DNA of 48,839 bases from Candidatus Iainarchaeum sp. (GCA_043816965.1 JBDRHK010000040.1:1-48839), one strand, 5' to 3'; numbered from the stretch's first letter, positions 8,350 to 18,832 are shown. Notes: a model not told the origin generated them from the sequence alone. Program-made: numbers and translations.

Positions 8350-8713
8350 TCTTTAACCACCCCTTAATTTCTTCATCAGAATAATAGCCCTCCCTGATTC
8401 CGAGCATTGTTTTTGCATTCTCTGGATTGTCCTTAATTCCAAGCTTTCGGCCATTCATCACCAAAAAATACTTGGTTACGATGAATGCGGTTCTTCTGTT
8501 GCCGCTTGCAAAGGGGTGCTTCTGAATCAAACCATTGAGCAAAACAACCGCTTTATCATGCAAATCCCCTTTAAAGCCCTCACAGGAGGCAACAACATCT
8601 GAAATCTTTGCTCTGCTCAAAACCTCAGCCGAATCTGACTTCTTTACATTAATCACATTCAAAACCAGCAAATTGAATTCTATAATTTTTTCAACAGAAG
8701 GGTACTCGACCAT
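8321..8713 (-). CDS. doc: Fic/Doc-family toxin
   Basis: KAVVLLNGLIQKHPFASGNRRTA is a Fic/Doc motif variant, and 130 aa is typical for Doc. Confidence 0.88.
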   Translation of the reverse strand: MVEYPSVEKIIEFNLLVLNVINVKKSDSAEVLSRAKISDVVASCEGFKGDLHDKAVVLLNGLIQKHPFASGNRRTAFIVTKYFLVMNGRKLGIKDNPENAKTMLGIREGYYSDEEIKGWLKNGKIKEFRR

Positions 8714-8822
8714 AAACAGTTATATGCGCATAACAATTAATAGTCTTTTTGCGGCGGCATTCTGTCAAAGTCCCGCAATAAACCGCAAACAAAATACAAA
8801 TCCAGCAAATTCCCCGGCGCCT

Positions 8823-8848
8823 GTATTTATTCCTTACGAACTGAACTG
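8823..8848. repeat. 26-bp direct repeat, copy 2 (partner 8155-8180)
   Basis: GTATTTATTCCTTACGAACTGAACTG. Confidence 0.85.
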
Positions 8849-8908
8849 AAGAATCCCGGAAGAATCGGTTGCTTGTGTTAAAGTGTTGCTGGTTGTTTGG
8901 GTGGTTTT
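8834..8908 (-). pseudogene. Orphan 3'-end relic of a surface-protein paralog (KTTQTTSNTLTQATDSSGILQFSS*)
   Basis: 13/16 residues identical to SNTLTQTSDSAGILQF at the end of the 913-aa protein. An in-frame TGA lies immediately upstream. Confidence 0.75.
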
Positions 8909-9072
8909 TCACTAGACTTTTGGGGGATTTGCTGCTACTGGTTTTTTTCCTCATTTGCCGTAAATTAGCTTTAAATAGTTTTCGCTGGTCAATTTCCTTA
9001 TTAGAAAGCATGGTGAGCTTTTTAGGATTAAATTGCGGTTTTTTGCCGTTTTAAAGCACTTGGGGGATCTCC

Positions 9073-9387
9073 GTGGTTAATGAACTAAATGAAATAACAG
9101 AATTGAAAAAGGCCGAGGAAGAGGCAAAACTGATTCTTGATAAGGCCGAGAAAAACAAGGAAAAGAAATTGCAGGACGCCAAGCGTAAGGCCAGGGAAAT
9201 TGTTGATAACGCAAGGCAGGAATGCATTGATCTGAGGAAAGATATTACTGAAGGCGCAAGAAAGGAAATTGAGAGGGAAAGCGCGAAAATAATTAAGAAG
9301 GCGGAGGGCGAGGCAGAGGAATTGAGGGGAAAGAAGATTTCTCCTGCTGAGGCTAAAAAATTGGCAGGCAAAGTTCTGGGTGTGTAA
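9073..9387 (+). CDS. atpH: A/V-type ATP synthase subunit H (peripheral stalk)
   Basis: Charged coiled-coil (ELKKAEEEAKLIL..A) at the head of the ATPase operon. Confidence 0.8.
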   Translation: MVNELNEITELKKAEEEAKLILDKAEKNKEKKLQDAKRKAREIVDNARQECIDLRKDITEGARKEIERESAKIIKKAEGEAEELRGKKISPAEAKKLAGKVLGV

Positions 9388-11262
9388 ATGCTTAAGCCCG
9401 AAAGGATGAGCAAGATAAAAATTGTTGGCCTGCAAAAAGACCTGCAGGAAGTTATTAATTTCATCCACAAGGACGGAAGGTTGGAGATTAAGAAAACAAC
9501 CGATGCAAGGCTGGATGGAAATAAGCCTGCCGAGGTTTTGGGAAGGGTTTCTGAGGAACTTGTCAGGCTGAAGGGAATTGAGGGAAATCTCACTAAGCAG
9601 GAAGTTAAGCAGGCTAAGCAGCTTGCCCTGAATGAACTCTTGAAGGAAACTGCGAAGATTAAGGTTGATGGGAAAATCCATCCAATGGTTGAGAAAAGGG
9701 TTTCTCTTCAGGAGAGGAAGAACGATTTGGAGACCACAAAAAAACTTCTTGAGGATTTGAAATCTGTTAAAATTAATCTTGAATCACTGGACAGTGAAAA
9801 TATCGCTTTTTTTATCGGGAAAATCCAGACCCAGAAAATTTCCGAATTGAGAACTGGCCTTGAGCATATCACTTCCACTAATTCCATTTATTCAAAGGAA
9901 CTGAATAAGTTTGAAAGTTTGCTTCTTTTGGGGGTTGCTAAAGAAAAGCAGGGGGAAGTGGAAACTATTTTGGGGAAGTTTGGATTTGCAAGGCAGGAAC
10001 TGCCAAAGGGAAAGGGAACCCCTGCGCAGATGCTTTCAGGGATTGCAAAGGAATTGGGTGATGTTGATAAGGAACTTGCAGGAATTGAAAAAGAGATGGA
10101 AAAACTCTCTAAGGAGAATTATTCAAATATTGTAACCCTGCGGGAGATGCTTGAGCTGGAGGCAAAGAGGGCACAGATTCAGGCGCAGTTGGGGAGGACT
10201 GAACAGACATTTGTTGCAGAGGCATGGATTGCCGCAAAGGAAGTAACTGATTTGAAACAAAAACTGAATACGAAATTGAAAAACAGGATTGAGATTGCTG
10301 AAGTTAAGACAGAAGAAATTCCCCCAACTAAATTGAACAACCACTGGCTTATTGCCCCTTTCCAGGAACTGATGGAATTTATGTCAATTCCGAGAAGCAA
10401 TGAATTTGACCCAACGCTTTTGTTTGCATTGATGTTTCCGATTTTTTATGGTATGATGCTGGGAGATGCAGGATATGGAATTCTATCACTTGGACTTGCA
10501 GGACTTATTGTCTGGAAAACAAAGGGCCTTATGAGGGCTTTAGGATGGGTGTGGGCATATGCGGCAATTCCAACAATTATTTTCGGGGTTATTTATGATG
10601 AATTTTTGGGCTTTGAGGGCATTTTCAGCCATTTGGCACATGATTATTTGGGAATTACATTCCACGGAATTATAAGGCTTGAGGCAATTCCCCTTCTTTT
10701 GGTTATCACTATTTTAATGGGGCTTTTCCAGGTTACTTTGGGTTTGTTTTTGGGCTTTCTCAAGGCAAGAGCACATGGTGATTACAAGCATGCAATTGGA
10801 AAATTGGGCTGGATTGGAATTGAAATAGGGGGAATTCTCGCGCTTTTGCTGGTTGTGACAGGCCAGGCAGATACATTGAGTTTGGGGATTGCTGGAGCGA
10901 TATTCCTTGTTTCCCTTATTTTCATAATAAGGGCAGAGGGGATTGTTGGAATTGTTGAACTCCCTAGTTTGGTTTCAAATATCCTTTCATACTCAAGGAT
11001 TCTGGCAATCGGGCTGAGCAGTTTGGCGATTGCATTGGTGATTAATCAAACAATGAATCCGTTTGAGGCAGAGGGGATTGTGATGACAATAATTTTCCTC
11101 GCGGTCTTTGTTTTTGCCCATTCATTTAATTTGGTTTTGGGAATGTTTGAATCCCTTGTCCAGGGGGGAAGGCTTAACTTTGTTGAGTTTTTCTCAAAAT
11201 TTTACCAGGGCGGGGGGCAGAAATTTGTTCCGTTTAAGGAAGAAAAAGAAAATTTGATTTGA
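9388..11262 (+). CDS. atpI: A/V-type ATP synthase subunit I (a)
   Basis: MLKPERMSK start, DPT..FPIFYGMMLGDAGYG, SNILSYSRILA (conserved Arg), RLNFVEFFSKFY.GGG. Confidence 0.96.
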   Translation: MLKPERMSKIKIVGLQKDLQEVINFIHKDGRLEIKKTTDARLDGNKPAEVLGRVSEELVRLKGIEGNLTKQEVKQAKQLALNELLKETAKIKVDGKIHPMVEKRVSLQERKNDLETTKKLLEDLKSVKINLESLDSENIAFFIGKIQTQKISELRTGLEHITSTNSIYSKELNKFESLLLLGVAKEKQGEVETILGKFGFARQELPKGKGTPAQMLSGIAKELGDVDKELAGIEKEMEKLSKENYSNIVTLREMLELEAKRAQIQAQLGRTEQTFVAEAWIAAKEVTDLKQKLNTKLKNRIEIAEVKTEEIPPTKLNNHWLIAPFQELMEFMSIPRSNEFDPTLLFALMFPIFYGMMLGDAGYGILSLGLAGLIVWKTKGLMRALGWVWAYAAIPTIIFGVIYDEFLGFEGIFSHLAHDYLGITFHGIIRLEAIPLLLVITILMGLFQVTLGLFLGFLKARAHGDYKHAIGKLGWIGIEIGGILALLLVVTGQADTLSLGIAGAIFLVSLIFIIRAEGIVGIVELPSLVSNILSYSRILAIGLSSLAIALVINQTMNPFEAEGIVMTIIFLAVFVFAHSFNLVLGMFESLVQGGRLNFVEFFSKFYQGGGQKFVPFKEEKENLI

Positions 11263-11278
11263 TGGAGGTGTAAGAAAA

Positions 11279-11515
11279 ATGGCTTTGGAATTGGCAGCTG
11301 GATTGATTGCTCTTGGAGCTGGACTTGCTATTGCCGGAGGGGCAGTAGGAACTGGTTTGGCGCAGGCAGGAATTGGTTCTGCAGGAATGGGAGTCATAGC
11401 CGAGAAACCTGAGGAATTCGGAAGGGTTTTGCTTTTTGTTGCAATACCTGAAACCCTGGTTATCTTTGGTTTCGTGATAGCAATAATACTCATCCTGGGA
11501 GCCGAGCTGATATAA
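11279..11515 (+). CDS. atpK: A/V-type ATP synthase subunit K (c, single hairpin)
   Basis: Gly/Ala-rich proteolipid with the ion-binding Glu in IPETLVIFG. Confidence 0.95.
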   Translation: MALELAAGLIALGAGLAIAGGAVGTGLAQAGIGSAGMGVIAEKPEEFGRVLLFVAIPETLVIFGFVIAIILILGAELI

Positions 11516-11554
11516 GTTCGGCATCCCCCGGGATAATTTAAAGGAGAGATAAAA

Positions 11555-12100
11555 GTGGCATTGAAAGAACTAATAAACGAGATAAGGGCTAAGGCCCAAA
11601 GAGATGCAAATAGCCTGGAGAAAGCCGCGGCTGAGGCAGATGCTGAGGTTGATAAGGCAAGAAAAGAGAAGAAGGAATTGGTCGAGGCCGCAAAAAAGGA
11701 TGCTGAAAGGATTGTTGAAAATGAAAGGAATGAGATAATCGCATCAGCAAGGTTAAAGGCCAAGCAGATGAATTCCAAGGCAAAGGAAACAGCGGTTAAT
11801 GCAGCACTTGAGGAAGTGTGGAAGGAATTGCTGAATTTGCGAAAAGATTCCTCCTATGCAAAAGTTATGAAAAAACTAATTGCAGAGGGGGAGAAGGAAT
11901 TAGGGGCAGGAACTGTTGTGCTCGTGAGGAAAGAGGATAAGAAATTCGCTTCCGGCTCAAAGGAGGCGGAAATTTCCGGCGGGGCAATAATTCAAACAAA
12001 AGATGAAAAGATTTCTGTGAACAATTCATTTGAGGCAATCTTTGAGGAAAGCCAGGATGAATTGAGAAAGGAATTGTATGCAAAAATGTTCGGTGGATAG
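11555..12100 (+). CDS. atpE: A/V-type ATP synthase subunit E
   Basis: MALKELINEI coiled-coil and ISGGAII...VNNSFE, plus operon position. Confidence 0.9.
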   Translation: MALKELINEIRAKAQRDANSLEKAAAEADAEVDKARKEKKELVEAAKKDAERIVENERNEIIASARLKAKQMNSKAKETAVNAALEEVWKELLNLRKDSSYAKVMKKLIAEGEKELGAGTVVLVRKEDKKFASGSKEAEISGGAIIQTKDEKISVNNSFEAIFEESQDELRKELYAKMFGG

Positions 12101-13135
12101 ATGGGCGGAAGGCTGAAATACGGATATGCAAATGCCAGGTCAAAGGCATTGAAAACAGAGTTGCTGGATAAGGCGATTCTTGAGGAGATGCTAAAGGCTG
12201 AGAAGGCAGGGGATGTGTTGGGGGTATTGGAGAGAACTCTTTACGGCCAGGAAATGTCCTCATTTTATCCGGATTTCAGGGGCGCGGATTTGGCTGAGGT
12301 TGTAATTGGGAAGAACTTTGCCCAGGCCGCGAGAAAAGTGATTAACATCACTCCAACCGACAAAAAGGAAACCATTATTACAATCCTTGAGAAATGGGAT
12401 CTTCATAATTTGAAAACTATTATGTTAGCGAAGTTTTTGGGTCAGGAGAAGATTGCCCCATTCATAGTTGCCGCAGGCTCATTAAATGAGGCTGATTTGG
12501 CTGTTTTGATGGAGAAGAGGGATGTTGACGGGGTTTTAAGTGCACTGGAAGGGACAAGGTATGGGAATGCCGTTTCAGGTGGGCTGGATGAGTACAGGCA
12601 GAAGAAGCAGCTGCAGCCTATTTTCAATGCAATGGATTCCTGGCATTATGGAAATTTGGTTAAGAAAATTAAGATTGAGTTTGAGGATGAAAGGCATTTG
12701 CTCAACTATTTCAGGGAGACAATTGATGCGAAAAACATCATAAACATCATGCGCTCAAAAATTGCGGAAATTTCAGGAATTTCGCAATACATGATTCCCG
12801 GGGGAAATATCCGCGCCGAGGGATTGGAGGAATTGATTGGGGCAAAGGATGTTGAGCAGATTGTGGGAAAAGTTAAATGGTTATTTGAATTGGGCGAGGC
12901 GCTTGAGAAATTCAGGAAAGATAATTCATTGAGCCATTTCGAGGAGGAGATGGAAAGGATTACAACTGAAAAGGCAATCAGGAAGATGAGGACATCTGTC
13001 TTGTCACTTTCATCAGTATTCTCTTTCTTGCTTATGAAGGAAGAGGAAATGAAAAATATCAGGAAAATAATCCGCGGGAAGGAGTATAATCTTACTGAGG
13101 AAGAAATCAGGAAAATGCTGCAGGTGACTGAATGA
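12101..13135 (+). CDS. atpC: A/V-type ATP synthase subunit C
   Basis: YGYANARSKA, WDLHNLKTI, EMKNIRKIIRGK motifs. Confidence 0.92.
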   Translation: MGGRLKYGYANARSKALKTELLDKAILEEMLKAEKAGDVLGVLERTLYGQEMSSFYPDFRGADLAEVVIGKNFAQAARKVINITPTDKKETIITILEKWDLHNLKTIMLAKFLGQEKIAPFIVAAGSLNEADLAVLMEKRDVDGVLSALEGTRYGNAVSGGLDEYRQKKQLQPIFNAMDSWHYGNLVKKIKIEFEDERHLLNYFRETIDAKNIINIMRSKIAEISGISQYMIPGGNIRAEGLEELIGAKDVEQIVGKVKWLFELGEALEKFRKDNSLSHFEEEMERITTEKAIRKMRTSVLSLSSVFSFLLMKEEEMKNIRKIIRGKEYNLTEEEIRKMLQVTE

Positions 13136-13479
13136 ACAAGGATAGTTTAGGTGAGATTGCAGTAATTGGAGATAATTCCATGGTCACAGGATTTAGGTTA
13201 GCTGGGGTTACAAAATATTTTGAGCTTGAAGGCGAGGATGCTGAGAAGAAATTGGCTGAATTGCTTAAGGATGCCAGTATTAATATCATCATTGTAAGTG
13301 AGAAAGTGCTTTACAAGGCCAACAGCAGGTTAAGGTCACATATAGAATCAATCGCAAAGCCGATTGTTGTTCCAATTCCAGATAGGAGCGGGGCAGTTGA
13401 GGAAGAGGAAAGCGCTTCACTTAGGGAGCTTGTTAAACGGGCATTAGGATTTGATCTTTATAAAGGAGGTGGCAGTTGA
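13132..13479 (+). CDS. atpF: A/V-type ATP synthase subunit F
   Basis: IAVIGD..VTGFRLAGV and LRELVKRALG motifs. Confidence 0.93.
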   Translation: MNKDSLGEIAVIGDNSMVTGFRLAGVTKYFELEGEDAEKKLAELLKDASINIIIVSEKVLYKANSRLRSHIESIAKPIVVPIPDRSGAVEEEESASLRELVKRALGFDLYKGGGS

Positions 13480-16400
13480 TGCCAGGAATTTTAGATAATA
13501 TTGCAGGGCCGGTTGTAAACGCGAAGAATATGAAAGGCTCTAAAATGTACAATGTTGTTAAGGTTGGTGACGAGCAGTTAATTGGGGAAATTATTAGATT
13601 AAGGGGAGATGTGGCCACAATTCAGGTTTATGAGGACACAGGCGGATTAAGGCCTGGTGAGCCAGTTGTTGACACAAATCAGGCGCTTTCTGTTGAATTG
13701 GCCCCTGGTGTGCTGAAATCTATTTATGATGGGATTCAAAGGCCTTTGGAATTGATTATGGCTGAGAGTGGGGACTTCATTTCAAGAGGAGTTACAACAA
13801 GGGCAATTGATGTAAAGAAGAAATGGGATTTCAAGGCTGTCAAAAAGAAGGGAGATTCTGTTGTAAAGGGAGATGTAATTGGCGAGGTTAAGGAAACTGC
13901 ATTAATTACAAACAAAATTACGGCCCAGGAAAATGGTAAGATTGTTGAGATTAGGGACGGGAGTTTTAACGTTGAGGAGACTATTGTCACTTTGGAAGTT
14001 GGGGGAAAAAAGAAAGAGTTTCCTATGCTCATGAGATGGGAGGTGCGTAAGCCTAGGCCTTATGCCGAGAAATTCGCGCCAAATATTCCATTGATTACAG
14101 GGCAGAGGATTGTTGATACATTTTTCCCGATTGCAAAGGGAGGAACAGCCTCAATCCCAGGGCCATTTGGGAGCGGGAAATGTGTAAGTGGAGACACACC
14201 GATTCTGATTGATGGTGAATTAAGGGAAATTAAGGAAGTTTTTGATAATGCAATTATGGGAAATTTAGGAAATATTAGGCAAGATAAAAAATTGGATGAA
14301 ACAATAGTTGAATTGCATAATCCTGTCGGGATTCAGACCTTTGACGGGAAAGAGATAAAGGATGGGGGGGCAACTCATTTATTCAGGGGCAAAACTAGCC
14401 AGTTGGTTGAAGTTAAAACAAGGTCTGGAAAAACCGTAAGCCTGACACCAATCCACAAACTTTTCAGGCTGAATGAGGAGTTGAAAATTGAGGAAACTGA
14501 GGCAATGAATCTCAGGGAAGGGGACTTCATTATTTCACCGAGGAAAATTGAATTAAATAGTGATTACCAGAAAATTAAGGTTGGCTTTGATTGCAGGGTT
14601 ACGGATGAATTCGTGTTGGACAAAATACCTGAACTCATTGACAGATATGCTAAAGAAAAGGGAATTACAAGGAAAAAACTGGCTGAAGAGATTGGGGAAA
14701 GTGAACGTGCATTAAGGGCATTCTATTCAAAAACCAATAAGCCCACAATGTCCTTTGTCAGGAAACTTTTCGCCCTGACGAATGAGAAACTTGAAATTGG
14801 GAAAATAAAAACAGAAAGGCAATCCAAGGAAATTAAAGTTCCCAACTATCTGGATGAGGAATTTGCCGAACTAATCGGGCATTTAATGTCTGATGGTACA
14901 ATAAAGGGCAAAAATACTGTTCATTTCTTCAACAAAGATGAAAACTTGAGGAATAGGGTCAAAGAGCTCCTGAATAATTTGTTCGGTTTAACTGCAAAAG
15001 ACTATTGGGCCAGAACAGTGGAAGCTATAATGGTAAACAGCAGTGCATTGGCAAAGTTGTTGAATTCGTTTGGTTTTCCAATGAACAAAAAATCAAGAAA
15101 TGTTTCGGTTCCAAAGGAACTCATAAATTCACCTGAAACCGTTATCAAAAGTTTCCTGAAGGCATACATTGCCTGTGACGGGCATGTTGGAAAAAGAAGT
15201 ATTGAGATAGCAACCGCCAGCAAAAAAATGCTAAATGGCTTGAGTTATCTCCTTCTTAGGCTCGGGGTTTTGTTCAAAACATGCGATAGGAAGATTTCCG
15301 GTAGAACATATTACCGGGTTTTTATTGCCCCCAAAGAAGCGATAAAGATAGATCAAAATTATTACGACAGTAAATTTTATTTCAATTCCACCGATATTGT
15401 TCCAATGACTCCTGAACTTTTCAAGAAAATGTTAGGGGTTAAGAAACCGTTTGAGTTGGAAAAGAAGGGGATTGGAACTGCCGCTTACTACGCAAATGCA
15501 AATTTTACGGCAAAAACATTTGAGAAAGTGGTTGAGGTAATTGAAATGAAATCGCATTATAAGGAATTGGCAGAAGCATTGGAATGGGTTTTCTGCGATA
15601 AAATAATTGAGATTAAAAAAATCGAGGAAGAGTCATTCGTATATGATATTACTGTTCCTGAAACACACAACTTTGTGGGCGGAAATTCACCAATGATTCT
15701 GCACAATACTGTAATGCAGCAGGCCCTTGCAAAGTGGAGCGATACAGATATCATTGTTTACATCGGTTGTGGGGAGAGGGGAAATGAGATGACGGAAGTT
15801 TTGAATGAATTCCCTGAATTGGTTGACCCTAAATCAGGAAAGTCGTTGATGGAAAGGACAATCCTTTTGGCAAACACATCCAATATGCCGGTTGCCGCAA
15901 GGGAGGCATCAATTTACACAGGAATTACCCTGGCAGAATACTATAGGGATATGGGTTATGCTGTTGGTTTGATGGCGGATTCCACATCAAGATGGGCAGA
16001 GGCAATGAGGGAAATTGGCGGAAGATTGGAGGAGATGCCAGGTGAAGAGGGTTATCCTGCATACCTTGCGAGAAGGCTGGCCGAATTTTATGAAAGGTCA
16101 GGAAGGGTAAGATGTTTGGGGGCTGATGAAAGAATTGGCTCAATTACAAGCATTGGGGCGGTAAGCCCTCCAGGGGGAGACCTTTCAGAACCTGTTAGCC
16201 AGAACACTTTAAGGGTTACAAAAGTGTTCCTTGCACTTGATGCCTCATTGGCACATAGAAGACACTTTCCAGCAATACACTGGCTGACTTCTTACAGTTT
16301 GTACCTTGACAATTTGGAAAATTGGTATGTTAATGAGGTAAGCCCCGAATGGTTGAATTTGAGGAAGGATGCAATGGTATTGCTGCAAAAGGAATCTGAA

Positions 16401-16751
16401 TTGCAGGAAGTTGTGCAATTGGTTGGGCCTGACGCATTGCCAGAAAAAGAGCAGTTGATTTTGGGGACAACTAGAATGCTGAGGGAGGATTTCCTGCAGC
16501 AGTCCGCGTTCCATGAGATTGACACATATACCTCATTGAATAAGCAGTATTTGATGTTAAAGAATATTCTCAGATTCCATGAGAAGGCAATGGATGCAGC
16601 CGATTTGGGAATTTCGCCTGCAAAGGTTAATTCACTGAAGGTTAAGGAAGCAATTGCAAGAATGAAGGAAGTTGAAGAAAAGGATATTTCAAAAATTGAG
16701 GGGATTGAAAAGGAAATCGAAGAGCAATTCTCCAAATTGAGGAGGGATTAA
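13479..16751 (+). CDS. atpA: A/V-type ATP synthase subunit A, intein-containing
   Basis: GPFGSGK|intein|TV P-loop, [32 protein letters not shown]. The start overlaps the atpF stop (TGATG). Confidence 0.97.
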   Translation: MPGILDNIAGPVVNAKNMKGSKMYNVVKVGDEQLIGEIIRLRGDVATIQVYEDTGGLRPGEPVVDTNQALSVELAPGVLKSIYDGIQRPLELIMAESGDFISRGVTTRAIDVKKKWDFKAVKKKGDSVVKGDVIGEVKETALITNKITAQENGKIVEIRDGSFNVEETIVTLEVGGKKKEFPMLMRWEVRKPRPYAEKFAPNIPLITGQRIVDTFFPIAKGGTASIPGPFGSGKCVSGDTPILIDGELREIKEVFDNAIMGNLGNIRQDKKLDETIVELHNPVGIQTFDGKEIKDGGATHLFRGKTSQLVEVKTRSGKTVSLTPIHKLFRLNEELKIEETEAMNLREGDFIISPRKIELNSDYQKIKVGFDCRVTDEFVLDKIPELIDRYAKEKGITRKKLAEEIGESERALRAFYSKTNKPTMSFVRKLFALTNEKLEIGKIKTERQSKEIKVPNYLDEEFAELIGHLMSDGTIKGKNTVHFFNKDENLRNRVKELLNNLFGLTAKDYWARTVEAIMVNSSALAKLLNSFGFPMNKKSRNVSVPKELINSPETVIKSFLKAYIACDGHVGKRSIEIATASKKMLNGLSYLLLRLGVLFKTCDRKISGRTYYRVFIAPKEAIKIDQNYYDSKFYFNSTDIVPMTPELFKKMLGVKKPFELEKKGIGTAAYYANANFTAKTFEKVVEVIEMKSHYKELAEALEWVFCDKIIEIKKIEEESFVYDITVPETHNFVGGNSPMILHNTVMQQALAKWSDTDIIVYIGCGERGNEMTEVLNEFPELVDPKSGKSLMERTILLANTSNMPVAAREASIYTGITLAEYYRDMGYAVGLMADSTSRWAEAMREIGGRLEEMPGEEGYPAYLARRLAEFYERSGRVRCLGADERIGSITSIGAVSPPGGDLSEPVSQNTLRVTKVFLALDASLAHRRHFPAIHWLTSYSLYLDNLENWYVNEVSPEWLNLRKDAMVLLQKESELQEVVQLVGPDALPEKEQLILGTTRMLREDFLQQSAFHEIDTYTSLNKQYLMLKNILRFHEKAMDAADLGISPAKVNSLKVKEAIARMKEVEEKDISKIEGIEKEIEEQFSKLRRD
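14181..15707 (+). mobile_element. 509-aa intein with LAGLIDADG homing endonuclease in the AtpA P-loop
   Basis: Starts CVSGDT, has block B LTPIHKL, LAGLIDADG-like LIGHLMSDG and [10 protein letters not shown], block [13 protein letters not shown], and ends HN followed by Thr(+1). Confidence 0.95.
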
Positions 16752-16753
16752 AA

Positions 16754-18151
16754 ATGGCACTGGTGAAAGAATACAAAACTGTTAGGAGTGTTGAAGGCCC
16801 CCTTATGTTTGTTGAGGGAGTGGATAATGTAGGTTACAATGAGCTTGTTGAAATCACACTTCCAGATGGAACCAGAAAGAAGGGGCAGGTGCTGGAAACC
16901 TCTAAAGGCTTGGCTGTTGTCCAGATTTTCGGGACAACTGCAGGATTGGATACTGATAAAACCAAGGTAAGGTTTTTGGGGGAAACAATGAAATTGAATG
17001 TTTCCGGGGATATGCTTGGAAGGGCGTTTAATGGATTGGGCGTGCCTATTGACGGCGGGCCTAAAATCATCCCTGAGAAAAGGGTTGATATTGCGGGAGC
17101 CGCAATTAATCCATATGCAAGGTCCCAGCCTAAGGATTTTATCCAGACAGGGGTTTCAGCAATTGATGGAATGAACACACTTGTTAGGGGGCAGAAATTG
17201 CCAATCTTTTCAGGTTCAGGTCTTCCTCACAATGAGCTTGCTGTGCAGATTGCAAGGCAGGCAAAAGTTATTGGCGGCGAGGCAAAGGACTTTGCAGTTA
17301 TATTTGCGGCAATTGGAATTACAAATGAGGAAGCACAGTTCTTTATGAAGGATTTTGAAAGGACGGGCGCGCTTGAAAGGGCGGTGCTGTTCCTGAACAT
17401 TGCAGATGACCCATCTGTTGAAAGGATAATTACCCCAAGGCTGGCATTAACTGCTGCCGAATACCTGGCATTTGAGAAGGATATGCACATACTGGTTATC
17501 CTGACAGACATGACCAATTACTGTGAGGCCTTGAGAGAGGTTTCGTCAGCTAGGGAAGAGGTTCCGGGAAGAAGAGGTTATCCAGGATACATGTACACAG
17601 ACCTTTCATCCATCTATGAAAGGGCAGGGGTGATTAAGGGCAAGAAAGGGTCAATTACACAATTCTCAATTCTTTCAATGCCCGGGGATGATATTACTCA
17701 CCCAATTCCGGACCTGACTGGTTACATTACAGAAGGGCAGATTGTTTTGAGCAGGGATATTCACAGGAAAGGAATCTATCCTGCAATTGATGTTCTTCCA
17801 TGCCTTTCAAGGCTGATGAATTTGGGAATTGGTGAAGGAAAGACTAGGCCAGATCACCGCGGAGTTGCAGATCAGTTGTATTCTGGTTATGCAGAAGGTC
17901 GAGATCTAAGATCATTGAGTGCGGTTGTTGGTGAGGAAGCATTGACTGAAACCGACAGGAAGTATTTGAAATTTGCCGATATGTTTGAGAAAGAATTCTT
18001 GACACAAGGAAGGCACGAGGACAGGAGTATTGAGGAAACATTTGAAATTGGCTGGAGATTGTTGAGCACCCTTCCTGAAGCCGAATTAAAGAGGATTAAG
18101 ACAGATTATATCAAGAAGTATTACAAGCCAGAGCAAAAGAAAGAGGAATAA
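16754..18151 (+). CDS. atpB: A/V-type ATP synthase subunit B
   Basis: [51 protein letters not shown]. Confidence 0.97.
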   Translation: MALVKEYKTVRSVEGPLMFVEGVDNVGYNELVEITLPDGTRKKGQVLETSKGLAVVQIFGTTAGLDTDKTKVRFLGETMKLNVSGDMLGRAFNGLGVPIDGGPKIIPEKRVDIAGAAINPYARSQPKDFIQTGVSAIDGMNTLVRGQKLPIFSGSGLPHNELAVQIARQAKVIGGEAKDFAVIFAAIGITNEEAQFFMKDFERTGALERAVLFLNIADDPSVERIITPRLALTAAEYLAFEKDMHILVILTDMTNYCEALREVSSAREEVPGRRGYPGYMYTDLSSIYERAGVIKGKKGSITQFSILSMPGDDITHPIPDLTGYITEGQIVLSRDIHRKGIYPAIDVLPCLSRLMNLGIGEGKTRPDHRGVADQLYSGYAEGRDLRSLSAVVGEEALTETDRKYLKFADMFEKEFLTQGRHEDRSIEETFEIGWRLLSTLPEAELKRIKTDYIKKYYKPEQKKEE

Positions 18152-18152
18152 T

Positions 18153-18800
18153 ATGGCTGATAAGATAAATCCGACAAGGATGGAACTGATTAAAGCCAAG
18201 GCAAAGATAAAGTTGGCAGTAAAAGGCCATAAACTCCTTAAGCAGAAAAGAGATGCCCTTGTAATGGAGTTCTTTTCCATAATGGAGAAGGCAAAGGATT
18301 TAAGGTCTGAACTTAATGGCACAATGGGAAAGGCATATACCTCCCTCGCAAAGGCTCAGGCATTCCACGGGATTTATGAGGTTGAGCATGCCGCAATGGC
18401 AACCCAAAATATTAGTGCGGTTAGTTTGGAGGTAAAGAATGTGATGGGAGTTAAGATTCCCACACTTGAAGAGGTAAAGGTAAGGAGTTCCCCTCTTGAG
18501 AGAGGTTACAGCTTTTTGGGGAGCAGCGCAAAAACCGATGAGGCAACAAACAATTTTGAGATTGCAATGGACATGGTCCTTAAACTGGCTGAAACCGAAA
18601 ACGCACTTAAGAAACTGATTAAAGAGATTGAGAAAACCAAGAGAAGGGTAAATGCACTGGAATATGTGCTTATTCCCAAGATTAAGCACCAGACAAAGAG
18701 CATTGCCCTCCACCTTGATGAGCTGGAAAGGGAAGGCTTCTTCACCCTGAAAATGATTAAAGGGAAACTCGCGAGAAAGGAAGATAGCGAAGGGAATTAA
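18153..18800 (+). CDS. atpD: A/V-type ATP synthase subunit D
   Basis: PTRMEL, GHKLLKQKRDAL, KTKRRVNALE motifs. Confidence 0.97.
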   Translation: MADKINPTRMELIKAKAKIKLAVKGHKLLKQKRDALVMEFFSIMEKAKDLRSELNGTMGKAYTSLAKAQAFHGIYEVEHAAMATQNISAVSLEVKNVMGVKIPTLEEVKVRSSPLERGYSFLGSSAKTDEATNNFEIAMDMVLKLAETENALKKLIKEIEKTKRRVNALEYVLIPKIKHQTKSIALHLDELEREGFFTLKMIKGKLARKEDSEGN

Positions 18801-18832
18801 ATCATATTTGAGATTAATTTTCTCTAATCTGA

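Noticed and set aside
8155..8848. 26-bp repeats as CRISPR repeats or IS target-site duplication
   Set aside because: Only two copies 668 bp apart, with no transposase, and the similarity extends as protein-coding conservation.
8691..9054. ORFs 8691-9011 (-) and 8869-9054 (+)
   Set aside because: No recognisable features. They cross the Doc promoter, the gene relic and the ATPase promoter region.
9051..18745. Minus-strand ORFs within the ATP synthase operon
   Set aside because: Antisense shadows (Ser/Phe/Leu-rich) of well-supported genes.
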